NCBI GenBank assembly: GCA_002633005.1 | Contig: NMRA01000417.1 | Coordinates: 22,271-75,037, forward strand | DNA from: Phoronis australis | Taxonomy: Eukaryota > Animalia > Phoronida | Length of the DNA: 52,767 nt | Direction: 5' to 3' | In this document: positions 1 to 12,307 of the stretch, piece after piece | Position numbering within the stretch: position 1 is the stretch's first letter | Layout: every line of letters begins with the position of its first letter | The notes under the pieces: generated by a model | The model's input: only the letters and a program-made list of their open reading frames with translations | Database searches by the model: none | What the model was told of the DNA's origin: nothing | Position numbers and translations under genes: made by a program

Positions 1-701
1 ATAAATTTGTATACAACCTTGGACCGTAGACCCATAGAAATTTTGTCCTTAGGGTTAAATAAACTCGACAGTTTTAGAGACTTGAATGTTAATACAACTC
101 TTAAGTTCACACAGTAATCATTCACCAATTTGTTGAGTTTTCGTTGAGCAATTTTGGCGTAAAACCCAACATAGGGTATTTTAAAGTACTTGTAGTTAGT
201 TTTGTCTACAGGATGAACATCATCAGGGTTACGTTGGAGTCTTGCTTTCAGTACCCTATTGACTAATTCTAGGGGATAGCCATTCTTTTGCAAATTCGTT
301 GTAAGTTCTTTGATATTAGAATCAAATCTAGCCCAAGTGTTGTTAATGCGATATACCCTGTCTATTAGCGTCTTTATGAGACCTACTTTATAAACAAAGG
401 ATGTGAAGCTATGAAAACAAGTGTACAGTCCTGTGTAGGTCTTCTTATGAAATACTGATGTTATCACTGAGGTACCCTCACGCTCTACTAACACGTCCAG
501 AAATGGCAAAATGTTATCGACCTCTAATTCTACACTGAATTTCAAGTTAGGATGCCTCGAGTTTAAATACACCAAAAATTCCTGGGCTGACTGCTGACTT
601 TCAAATATACAAAACACATCATCTACATATCGTCGATAGAAATAGATGTGAGGACCAGTGTATGTCTCAATCCATGTTTTCTCATGGTGACCCAAAAACA
701 T
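1..701 (-). mobile_element. Penelope-like element: 5'-truncated RT (thumb/linker) running into the start of the GIY-YIG endonuclease; continues off the left edge of the window
   Basis: Uninterrupted minus-strand frame 701->3 (233 codons): FLGHHEKTWIETYTGPHIYFYRRYVDDVFCIF...LNSRHPNLKFSVELE...LPFLDV...TSVFHKKTYTGLY...LIDRVYRINNTW...NGYP...IPYVG...KDKISMGLRSKVVYKF. The YVDD, HPNxKF, LPFLD and KD..S.VVYKF motifs are typical of PLEs. Confidence 0.92.
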
Positions 702-1094
702 GCCGAAACATGTCAAGTTTTATATCCGTTGTTGTTTTCGTGAACATATGCTGTTACTTGCTATCATGGAGACTTTTAGCATGGTTTGTATGGCATGGCT
801 ATTACTAAGCAATATTTGGAAAAATGTGGTAAGCATCTGTAAAACAGAAACATGACAATTTAGCAAATTATTTTGTCTCAAATTAAAGATTTTTCCTACC
901 TTAACGTTGAATTTATTCAAATGATTGTGTACTCCGTAATATCTTTACAAACATTATTAGTGTGAAAAACTTGTTCAATGATAAGTGACATCAATGGTAT
1001 TAAACATATTATTTATAATTTATGTTCTTATGGTTGCAATTGGCTAACCAGTATCACTGAGTGCACTAATTTACATCAGCATTGTTTTTTATTG

Positions 1095-1228
1095 AACAAG
1101 TTCATTCATGAAATACAGCTCAATGGACTTGGTTCATGAATGTAGTTCATGAACTGTGAGTTTATGAATTACTTTCATGAATTTTGGTTCATGAAATACA
1201 AATGAGACAAGTTCATGAACTAGTTCAG
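1095..1228. repeat. Cluster of palindromic (G)TTCATGAA(C) motifs
   Basis: About 6-7 exact or near-exact TTCATGAA octamers within 130 bp; a similar cluster lies at 23912-24035. Confidence 0.7.
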
Positions 1229-2477
1229 CGATGTTTCTATTCATTGTTAAACGATCAACTTATCAAATTTTGTGGTGAAAAAACACATTTTTATTTTACA
1301 TGCAAGATTTCCAGATTATCCTATTATATAACCTACAATATCGTACTGTGACACTGTTTGGTCCCGCTGTTTGCGCGCAATGTCCCCGCAAACTATCGTG
1401 ACTTGGAAATGTTGGCAAGTAATCAGCCTGTTCAATATGCGTCTTGTTTTTTATGGCAAAAGACAGCGTCAAACAGATTCTCAAGACCTTCTTTCCGGGG
1501 TTGAGCTCGCGCATATGAGTCACCTGTTAATCACATGTGTAGTCCAGAGCGTCAGGGAACTCGCGCGTGCACCACACCAAAGTCGCACATCAAAAGAGAA
1601 CAGCGGCAGCAGCTTGACTGTAGGTTTAAGCTGTCCGGGTATTTATTTGCCACTGAACTTGGGCCTCCCGCTCTTTAAAAAAAGTCTCAGTTCTCAGATA
1701 ATTTGCGGCTCGATGTTCCCTTGGCCCCAGGGGTTCACCCCCCCACACTGCTGCCAATTGACCTATCGTAAGCTCCGCCTCCTTGCGTAATGTCGATTAA
1801 CAAACAATAAATTTTACCCGCCAACATGTTGTTTGTCGGGTAAAACGGCATGTTGGAAACGAAGGTGCGTCAATATTGCTGCTGTCAGTTAAGCCATCAC
1901 TCAAAATCCTGGCAATTGGTCAATTTTCAGTTGGCCTACATCGTAGATATTTCAGACTCGAATGGGAAGGATTTTGTTGCGGCTGAAACTAGCATATGAA
2001 GAAACAAAATCATTCGGGAGGGCTAAAAAGGCAGGTAGAAACAATATTCACAAAGTTAAGGAAATTCTTCAAAATCCGAGAACTTCTCACTTAAAGCTAA
2101 TTAGGAGTGTTGGCAAGACCACTGTCACGTTTCTCTGGCTTTATTTTTTTTGAATATATGTTTTATCCACAGCACTGCAGACGGAAACTTAGCGCGGCAG
2201 ACGGCACCGCTGAAATTGTAGGTATTGAAGCCGGCGGGGTTCTTAGTTTTGCGAACATGGGAAGAAAATAAAGTGACAAAGCTTTCAGGTATTACATTTT
2301 GAAGCAAATTTATGACCCGGGACAATAATTTGTTACTTGTATTATAATTCACATTGTCAAACCACCGTCTTCGACGCTGTCGTTGCATTCTTTATTATCA
2401 TTGATTTTTATTTTAAAATGGGTAATCCTGCGTTTCCTTATCACTGGGCGTGTAACAATCAATCTTCAAAAGTCGGG

Positions 2478-2635
2478 GATGGGCGCTTAACCGAGAGTTG
2501 AGCGCTTAACTGGAAGTCTTTAAAAATCGCAGAGGGGCGGTTAACCGAGCAGTTGGCGGTTAAATCGAAAATCCACCTAAAGTAGGGAATGGGCGGTTAA
2601 TTGAGCATGGGCGTTAACCCGAACGTTTACCGTAT
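2478..2635. repeat. Subterminal GGGCG(C/G)TTAA repeats, probably the end of a MITE (Tc1/pogo-like ...TTTAC(C/G)GTA end)
   Basis: Five or six GGGCGCTTAA/GGCGGTTAA units ending gtttaccgta; a diverged copy at about 17895-18052 ends gtttgcggta. Confidence 0.5.
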
Positions 2636-3265
2636 ATTGCCTCTTGTGTCAAACGGGAACATTCCAATTGTTTGGCTGGATTTGTGTCCCTTGGTGTCAG
2701 CTCAGAGTGCAGTGATACATTGGTTTTGTCCTTACAACAATGATGAATTATGTGATAATTAGGTTATAAAATAGTGACTAGTACATTTGTATGTGAAGAA
2801 GAAGGTCAAGTGCTTGAGGCATGTGTTGCATTGTGGGTATGAATGGCCGTGTTTTTGGGCTGTTTCAGGACGGCCTGTTGGTGAACATTCGGATCAGCTT
2901 CAACACCCTATTGCAATAAAATCGCACCACTGGTGCAAAAACGCATAAAAAGTTGAACTCTGCATCTTTTTCTGGGAGTGTTGTGAGGCCGGATGGATTG
3001 CATGTGTTGAGGTCTACATATTATATATGTGGTGTCTATATGAGAAACCATGGGTGAGCAGCTGACAAACAAGGATGTCATCATTTGATGATGCAATGAG
3101 TGTCAGTCTAAAAACACTCCCTGTTGAGTGGTAAATAATGCAGGAAGGCATAGTAGTTCTTGATATGTAAATTGTTTGGTGTAGCCTGTTTTGTTTCTGT
3201 TTTCAGTGAAGTAAAAATGTTTGAATAGCTGGATAGATATATGATAGTCGTGAATTAAACACCAC

Positions 3266-4387
3266 CAACGCCAGAAATTTGTAACATTCTTGATCCGCTA
3301 GGTGACGCTTAGCGCCATGTCCCTAACCAATCATAACAACGCATAGTAAGGTTAAAGGTCATGAAGCTTGGGCACTATTACCGGAGCCGAAGTCAGTATG
3401 CTCTGCAGAGCAATATTTATCCAGTTTACAATAACAGCATTTGGAATGTCTGGGTCTACAGTATGACAGTGCTAGCTGAGTGATTGGGGTCACAGACACT
3501 ATCAACATAGGCACAACAAATGTGAACTGAACGCCAGCCAGCCAGCCGCGTGTGCTTGCAATTGGCTTAAACGGGCTGCCAAAGCGCTTTTTATTAATTT
3601 TCTGATGTCTTTCAATACATATTTGTGTCCGGAATCCACTCCAATGTAACAGTTACTGAATTAAGACGAAGGACAACGTACCGTGGATCACAAAAAAACG
3701 TTGGAAATAACATTTTGAAATTACTAGTATATCAACTACATAGGCCTACTCACAGGCGAAACTTGCATAATGACTGTACAAAATCCGACTTCGAAAGTAT
3801 TTCTGAACTCATACCGGATGAGAAAATGAACAAATCAGTTTCCTACCGATTCTACGCTAATCTCTCACCTACAGAGTGCAAATTCCATTGCAAAGAGTCG
3901 ACAGCCAGGCGATCGGCAACATTTCATCTCACTGACAGCACTGTATGCCGATCCATTTTCTGAACACAAGAGACGTGGAAAAATTTTCGAGAAACAACAT
4001 GAAATTTGGATCAGCAACCTCTGAGTACTCCTGGTAGTCACCTAGGCTATCGGCAAATCCGATGGCAAAATGAATTCAGCCACAAACTTGACTTCAAAAT
4101 GAGCTATGCGCTCAAATAGTGGCTTCCGGACGATCGTTAACATAGGCCTGAACGGGGTAACCTTCAAACTTCAAGAGACGTGGAAAAATTTTCACCATTG
4201 GCGCTGATATTTGGCGGTAACATGTCTTAACATACACTCTATGTGACAGGCTATCGGCAAATTGTGTAGTTATCTCCCCTTGCTTATAAATTCCTGATTT
4301 TTGCGTGCTCTTGTGTATTTCTTATGGAGGGCTGCTGGCAAGATTTAGCGCATGCGCAGTAGGGCATGTTACAAATTTCTGGCGTTG
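3266..4387. mobile_element. Non-autonomous TIR element, superfamily unclassified
   Basis: Perfect 22-bp TIR CAACGCCAGAAATTTGTAACAT at 3266-3287, with its reverse complement at 4366-4387. Internal direct repeats CAAGAGACGTGGAAAAATTTTC (about 3967 and 4172) and AGGCTATCGGCAAAT (about 4044 and 4248). No clear TSD. Confidence 0.75.
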
Positions 4388-4925
4388 TCTTTATTAATTT
4401 GTGACCAATTTACCACACATTATGCCAGACTTATGAAATAATCTCTAAGAAAGTCTATTATTACAATAAGCTTGGTTTACAGACTTTTCTACTCACCATT
4501 CAAACAAAGGAGGCTACCTTCTTAATCTACCATTTAATGATTACGTGACTGGTCTCCATAGACCTAATTCACGCTGACAGGAGGCGCGTTCCAAAATGAG
4601 GCTCGCTATGATATCTCTGTTGGCTTATCGGCTTACTGGTTGTATTCCGCATTGCTCAAACGGCTAGAAAAAATACGGACACTCAACTGTTTGTTTTACA
4701 AACCCCGAGAACGTTGAGATTCGGAAGCGTTGGATCGCTGCCATATGCGCGACGAAGCAAAATATGTACGTGTAAAATTAATAAATGTTTCCGGAAAGTT
4801 AGATCATATTTTATCGCATCTCGGTTGCCGAGCGTCATAGCAACGACCGGAGAATCTTCGGTCAGCCAGGCTGTGTTTTCATGACAACGGGTTGAAAGAT
4901 GATGCATGTTTCTTTCCAAAAATGA

Positions 4926-5209
4926 CAGGGCCCTCAATCCCTCGATTTTGGGGCCAAATACTCGCCCTATTCCCCTCTCAAAAATATTGAAAAATCCCCC
5001 GCAATTCCCCCCAAGAGGCCCTAAAAATTCCCCTAGTGATTAAAAACTTCTCTCCGAAGTTCAAATCACCTGTATCCACACAGGTGACAATTTGAAGTGT
5101 TATTGATTATGATCGGGTGGTAGATTTTTCCCTCACTCGGCGCAAAAATGCCCCTCTCACGAAGGCACACAAGCATGCACCTTAATTCCTCGGATGAAGG
5201 AGGCCCCTG
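4926..5209. mobile_element. Possible short CAGGG-terminated hAT-like MITE
   Basis: Imperfect termini CAGGGCCCTC.. and ..GAGGCCCCTG; internal TTCCCC/ATCCCC repeats; no convincing TSD. Confidence 0.35.
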
Positions 5210-7865
5210 AAGAAACATGATAACTAATGCTTGCTGTGTGCAGTTAACTGAAATTGAGCTCAAAAACAAGGTTATGCTTTGGACGAACGAGTTAGGTATT
5301 TTAATTTTAAAATTCAACTTGGTCCAGATTGATATTTGAAACCTAACACATGAAATAGATGTATATAAGAATTATTAAAACCAAAAAAGCAGAATATATG
5401 GTCAAATAATTACTTGTGAATGTGTGCAAGGGAGTGAATGAGAGCCTGGATAAAATGCAGAAGCGATTTCTGAGGCTGTGCTATTTTTTTTCAAAATTTA
5501 GAAAATGGTCAAATGATTTTTATTTTCAATTACTAGCCTGTTTTTTATTTTAATAAAAAGTATATTTAATAACGTCAGTTATTCTTTCAGATCAATGAAA
5601 TATCATTTGTTAGTCCCGGTAGTCCCTACCTTACCAGGACATAGGCTATATGTATGATGTTAATACTTTTGATCAAAAAATTATACCAGATGTAACTAAT
5701 TGCACATGATGCGATGAGAGACTGTCGAATTTATCTTCAACTCGTCAAAAATACAAGCAGATTATCTGGTTCATGTAGAAAGCATTTTTATCAACAATAT
5801 ACAAGAAGAAACGTAACCCTGCATTCAGCATAATACCTAATCGGTAACACTACCGTGACGATCGCTGCAGTTTGGTCATATTTACTTTTCATGTTTTGAA
5901 CATAGTTTTCCGAAAAAAAAAAACGCTTTCATTAGACAACTCTTTGGTGCATTGAGTTGTTCTCTAATGTATTTTTCTACGTCTCTGGTTAATTATCGAC
6001 ATTTTTAAGATTTAGTATCCAGGTTGGACTCGAAAACCAGCCATTTAACTCGCGCAATATAAATTTCCGCTTTGTTTATGGCAGTGAGCCTCGCTTTGGA
6101 TTTTAATGTCCGCCGCGTGAGTTAGGTCTATTGAGGTGCTGAAAACATCAGGTATCCCAATGGTGTTCAGGAGAGGGAGATAACTCGACTGCAGAGGGCG
6201 AATTGAATAGTCTGTAGACAGAGGTTTGTGCAAGATTGCAAAACTGGAAGTCCAGATTTTCCAAAAAAATAATTTGACCAAACATGTGTTGTTCCCTCTG
6301 GCTCTGGTGATCCGCCCATACATGACACTCACACTTGAGCTTATTTTTTCTCTCAGCATATCTTGCACAACATTCTTTCAATCAATGTCCTCGCAATGTC
6401 TGTCTGAATTCGATGTTCTGAAGTTGGTATATCCAATGACAAAACTCTACATGACTGGAATTCTTGCAGATGCTGCACATTATCTGAGTCCCCAGTTCCG
6501 TCTGGACATCATGTTGAATGTGTAATTAGGTAGAGTAAACAAAGCGATTCAGGTGTGTTTCCATTTTGTTGGACAGGAGAGTAAAGCCTGTTGAAACCAA
6601 TATTTCTAGAAAGATATACACTAGATTGTCAAATACTTGCAACTATGCCATTCCCAATAATTATTTGCAGCATTGTCACGAACTCATTCTTTGTTTTAAG
6701 AACCATCTATACTCGAGTTTGGAAGACATTGTAAAAATGCCGATGCCGGATGTTGTCGGCAAAAATCCAGTACTTTGAAAGGTCCACCATTCATTGCATT
6801 CATATTTTGTTTGCTGAGCTATATTATCACCACGATCCGGATCTTGATTGTCTGTTGTATCACGTCTGTAGATCAACGTCTGTATCTGGAACATCTTATG
6901 GTTTGTAAAATAATCCTTACCAGTCTTTTTAGTTCTTCCTGTAGCAAATGACTTGATTGGATATGTCAAATGCGTAGGCCAATCAATTGTATAACCCAGA
7001 GACGGCACTGGCTGTTCAAACTCAGAATTACTACTCCCGAAACCACAAAATGTCGTGTACTGCCGGTATCAAGGTAAAAAGCTGTAAACCATGGTATTTG
7101 CCATCCACCCGCATTCCTGCCAAGTGGGGGGGGGGGGCAGATGTCAAATCTGGCATGCAAAATTTGTAACTGGATGCAATGGCAGTTTATTTACATCCCA
7201 ACATTACGCTTCATCTACGGGAGAGCATATGCTTTCAATACTCGCACACATCTCTATGTTCTGTCACTTGACCAGAAACTTTATTGTCAATGGTTTTGCA
7301 TCTCATACTGGCTGGCTCTTAGGTAATTGCCACTGTTTATATGGGCACATCTTTTCACTCTTACACAAAATTTCCAATTGCTGCATCAGTGAGTGTTGCC
7401 TTTGCTGAAGTTGCACGCAAGACTGGGAAAGCGAATGCACATTGTCACTGGGCAAACCTCACCATCTTGGGTGTTGTACAGCCCTTGAAATCTGTCTTTT
7501 CATGCCTCTAGTCACCCCTTTGATCTCTTCACTTAGTATTTTTTTTTCTGCGTTTCTTGTCAATGTTTTGTTTAATTTATGTTATTTATCCAAAAAGAGT
7601 TGCATGTGTTTTTTCATGATGCCGCCAATTCTGGAGAGCAAGACTATGTTGCTGCATGTTATAGACAGGACCACATAATTTTGGATGAGTTTCTTGCCTT
7701 GAGATATATACTGAACGCTCCCCATAAATATCACATCTCCGGCTTTGTCATTTATAATACTCAACTGAACTGCTACTACTTAGTGAACAAAAATTATGTT
7801 CAAAGTGAGTAATATTTCTAAACAGAACTTTGAATTCAAATTTCCAGTCAAGCAAATAATTTTGA

Positions 7866-10040
7866 CAAGGCTTGGAATTCTTCTCTTTAAGGTAGGTGGA
7901 TACACAAAAAAATAAATTTTGACTGTTTTTTACATTTTTATGTCATCCTAATCTTTAATTCTTGGTGCACAGTATACTGAAGAAAAATAAAATTATTCTG
8001 AAAATCCAAAGTTGTTTTTTTAGCTATATTTGACCAAGCCTCAGTAAGTCATATGGCTTGAGTGCTCACCAGCTCAGTGATTGACAACTGGGGCGGAGCT
8101 TATATACAAGGACACTAGCTCTAATCTAACCCTGTCAACAAGCATTGAGTAACTGGGCAATCGAGAGTGCTGTACCAGCTGATATTGGAGTTGTAGCAAG
8201 ACCAAGAATAAAATAATTCTATTTTTGACCATGTGAAAGTTGGTAGTGAAATGGTGAAGTAGCTCCTGTTCCGAGCCTGAGCCTGTTTGTATATCTGCAA
8301 AAAAAATAAGTTGAGTACGCCAAGCCCTACCGAAGCCATCACTGCTCTCAGCTTGAGGAGTCCGTGCAGAAATTGTGCATGTATAAGAGAAGTCGGTAAT
8401 ACAGGGTCAGGTGTCTTGCGAGAGGACGCTGAGTGTCGACGTGGGTGGTGTTGCACGATTCGGTGAGAGTGCATGCACGCGCTGTGAAGACATGCCGCGC
8501 GCGCGACACATATGGACAACTACATGCCGTCATAGCAGAGTCTTCGCAGATAAACCGTGCTTCTGTGCTGGGAACGCGCCGTGGAGAAACTAGGCTGTCA
8601 AACCCAGAGGATTTTTTAACTTGCCACTGGCCGTAACCCAAAGAATTAGAAATGACCCAGTGTTCAACATAACAAAAATTTTCTAGTGCATAGATTCAAA
8701 CGTAACCCTGAATTAAAACTCATGATATTTTACGATTTTAGAGGAAAGCAATATAAGAAACTTTAGTAACTTGAGAATCTCACCCAAGCGACGCTATTTA
8801 CGCAGAGAGTGATATTTTCTTATCCCAAAGTCCATTCGGTACAGGCACGTAAAAATGTTGAACCATTACTATGAAAGTAGTTCTTTATCCTCGTCACCAA
8901 TATTGTTATGTAGGCAGTAACGCGGCGATTTGATATAACACATATAATGGTTGATGATAATATTGGAATACTAACAAATAGGTCTGTGTTAGAGAGTCTT
9001 TTACTAACTGAGTGGAGAGTTCAGATGAATCGTATAAACAATCAACACATGGTTTTAATGTGTGGTCGGCACACCAGTACAGCAGACAATAGATTAACGC
9101 TAAGCTCCGCCCACGCGACTGCCATATTTGTTTTGGTCGTCTGTCGTGCTTCACAACTTCGAAAAAATGATTAAAATTACGCTGTAAACAAACAGGTATG
9201 TCACACTTTCTAAATATGAAGTAAATATCAGCTTTATTTCTAGTACTTCAACAAAAATTGGAACATAATGACCACGCATTCTGAACGAAATTTGATCTCA
9301 AGTGGCAATCGATGACCGCTTAACTTCAAAGCCGTTTTTCTCGGCTCGTGATTTCAGGATAGTGACAAGATTCTCGGGCCTATTTTTCCACAACACGTGA
9401 GTCAATTTTTACGAAAGTTGCAAATTTGAAATCCTCTAGGACTGAACTAAAATCGCGTGCCAGGGTTTTTTGATAAATGGACCAGATTTTTAGTTATTAG
9501 ACGGAAAGTGACCAAATGACAAAAAGTGTCGTGCTCGCCCCAACTCACACACAAAAAATGCCACAAAATCAAGATCATAATGATATTGTACATATATTTG
9601 GTATGGATAAGTAGAATATTGCGTAAGGAAACAGTTGATGATGATCCTTGTGCATTTTGAAAAAAAATTCGAGGTAAAATTGGATTTTTTGAAAATTAAA
9701 AAATACGATTTTTTAAAAAAACGAACTACAAAAAAACCTTTTTTTTCGATTTTTGTCACTTTCAGAAACATGTCTAACTAGTTAAAACTCCCTTTTTACT
9801 CATTTTAGTTAGGAACCTGGAGATTTGATCAGTGTATACACCTACCTTAATTTCCTCTTTTTTAGTTTCAAATTCCTGTTATTTGATTTTCAGTTTGCTC
9901 TTTGTTTTACTTTTTTACTATCATTTTGATTTTATATGTTTGTTTCAGTTAAATTTTACCACCCAAAAGTATTTTTATCACACAATCCTATTTATTTGTG
10001 GAATTTTTTTCTCTTTTGTCATTGGTCATTCCAAGTCCTG
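7866..10040. mobile_element. hAT-like MITE (CAGGGCTTGGAAT family), interrupted by a Kolobok-type insertion
   Basis: Left end CAAGGCTTGGAAT at 7866 and right end ATTCCAAGTCCTG at 10040, the same termini as the clean copy at 34997-35489. Flanks are tttga and (g)tttga. Confidence 0.6.
7891..9846. mobile_element. Kolobok-type non-autonomous DNA transposon
   Basis: TTAA TSD at 7887-7890 and 9847-9850; 15-bp TIR GGTAGGTG(G/T)ATACAC with one mismatch. RR termini plus a TTAA TSD are the Kolobok signature (piggyBac has CC termini). Confidence 0.82.
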
Positions 10041-10434
10041 GTTTGAACTTTCACTTGCTTGGGTGCCAAAGGTTGCCTGATGTTGGGCTGTCAGGCAACT
10101 GTCGAGCCCTGCAGAAGAGCGGCCTTTTTTATGCCGACGGATCCGTTGTGAACAGAGTATTTGTGAAGATTGCTATCCCTCCAATTGGCTCTACGAGTGT
10201 CTAACTGTTGGTACTTTCTTAACTTTAAAGTTATGAAAATTGTTAAGTACCGTACTCATCCGGGTTACTGCCCATGGTTGTCTTACCTGCGCCTTCTTTT
10301 AGCATTATTAATCTCATCGAAATCAGCATCAGCTGCCTTCATGAGAATTTGGATTGTAGATAAGAAACTCTAGATCCAAGGAAATGAAAGTGGGGTTGAA
10401 ATTTTGAAAGCTGTCAGTATCTAGACGTATCATA

Positions 10435-11677
10435 TTTACTTGGCGAAATAAATTTCGCCAAGTATGTCGGTCTTCTATCAAGTTTGTTTTTTGTTTGTTC
10501 GCACGATACAGGTCGCAATTTTCGTTTGATCATCACGAAATTTACACATAACACGTAGTTCTAGAAGTACTGGAAGTCTATTGTTTTTTGTCAAAATGGG
10601 ATCCAAGATGGCGGCTGTGGCGACCATTTTGTTTTCATATTAAGATTCAAAGGCTTGTGGAGGCTATAATTTTTTCCGTACAGGTTTGAAACTCAGCACA
10701 ATTAATGGACCGCATGTGCACTACATGTGTACCGGAAATTGTTTATTTCCGTGTAAAAATGCTGGAAATATTGGCATTCGCGCATGCGCACCTCGATTTC
10801 GGGAAAAAAACGTTTTCTCCTGTAGAGGGCGCAATTTAGGACCAATTCCTTTGAATTTTTGCAGTTATTAGTTTTTTATGACTTGCTATTGGAAAAAGCC
10901 AAAAAAACGGAAGTTGCTTTCAAGATGGCGGATCTGGCGCATGTTGACCCATTTTCAGTTGTGCTGAGGTGCCATTTAAACGGGAGGAGAAAATGACGTG
11001 AATTTTTGCATGTTGATTCTTTAATGTATACTCTTTCAAATGAACTGAAACAATTTTTTCAGACTTAGTGTTTTTGAGATATTTGACTTAAAATTTCTTT
11101 AAAAAAACGTAAAATTTCATTTTTTCGAAAAAAATTTACGGAATTGAGTGATACTATCAATTTAGATAGAATTTTGAACAGGCTTTCAGAAGATGTTTTT
11201 CATTTTTTGCTAAGACCTCTACTTTTTAAGTTATTTGAGATTTACTGATAACGCTGTTCCTTTATTGAGCGCTCTTGCTGCATTGATGTTGGTTTAGCTT
11301 CTATTGAACTAGACTGTAGTCTATTTCTTATTGATTTATGATATCTAAGTTCGTCATATGAATGTTACGATGTTGTTCATCATCTCCACCACCATCATCA
11401 TATTTGTCATCTTCGTCATCATCTCCGACGTTGTCTTTTCTTCAGTTAATTTCGCCAAGTGTCGCTCCAGACTGTAGCCTATCTCTTAAGTGATTTCTGA
11501 CATCTGCGTTCATCATATAAATGATATCATAACTTGCATTGTCCATCATCACCAGCACCGTCGTCATAGCTGTCATCTTCGTCATCATCTCTGTCGTCGT
11601 CTTTTCTGGTCAACTCTAACGTGTTTTTTTTTTGTTAATTTTGCCAAGTTTCGCTCCTCGGATCGCTTTCATTTGTT
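10435..11677 (+). mobile_element. Helentron-associated non-autonomous element (HINE/DINE-1-like), near-complete copy
   Basis: 5' subTIR plus inverted repeat ACTTGGCGAAAT-aa-ATTTCGCCAAGT (10438-10463); (TTTG)n tract; core with repeated CAAGATGGCGG; about 140-bp CAT/CGT-rich subrepeats; 3' subTIR ATTTTGCCAAGT and a terminal hairpin CGCTCCTCGGATCG (about 11652-11665); T-rich ends and no TSD. Confidence 0.72.
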
Positions 11678-12021
11678 CTGTTGATTGTTGACCAGGACTT
11701 TGGCAAGGCCTGAGCTACATATGGTTCTGCTATCTATCACTCAAACTAGCCTACAGAAAAAAACATACAAAATGTACACACTTAATGACTATGCCTTAAC
11801 TTTGGCCTGTGGTGAATGAGGATGCATCAATGCAGGCTGGTTTATTTGTGTTTGTTCAGATATATGAAAGACTGTTTCTAAACGTGGAACGCAACTGAGT
11901 TTCTGAGCAAGAGTGACGTCAAAGTTGCCAGACTCGTGCTAGACTTTCAAAGGTGTTAGCCAAAATGGCTACAGCATCTGAAAACTTAGCCATTTTCAAA
12001 AATTGTTAGCCAAATACTTTC

Positions 12022-12307
12022 TTCCTATCCCCGGGTAATGGCGTTACATGGGCATTTAAATGATGTTGTCCTTAAAAAAATGGGCAGGAGTTCCCCCCTA
12101 TCCCTCCTTTACGGCGGGGTATGCTGGCCTCCTGGACATTTCATCGATGTTGACCCAAAAAAATGGGCAGGGGTTTCCTCTATCCCCGGGTTACAGTGGG
12201 GGTATGCCGGCCACATGGGCATTTCATTGATGTTGATCAAAAAATGAACAGGGTTTCCTCCCTATCCTCGAGTTACGGCAGTGGTGTGTTGGCCATATGG
12301 GTATTTT
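12022..12307. repeat. Minisatellite, about 80-bp unit, about 3.5 copies
   Basis: Recurrent CCTATCCCCGGGTTAC..TGGCC.CATGGGCATTTCA..GATGTTGA..AAAAAATGGGCAGGG unit. Confidence 0.8.

Noticed and set aside
10200-10375. Minus-strand exon-like segment (SFLSTIQILMKAADADFDEINNAKRRR|gtaag)
   Set aside because: Plausible splice signals, but no recognisable protein or partner exons.
10780-10795. MRE-like TGCRCNC cores in HINE copies near a zinc transporter
   Set aside because: A short degenerate 7-mer embedded in a dispersed repeat, with no clustering at a defined promoter.
11380-11684. Hydrophobic, His-rich or Ser-rich ORFs (also 24204-24493, 29327-29678, 31975-32326)
   Set aside because: They are translations of the CAT/CGT-rich HINE subrepeats; frames are not conserved between copies.
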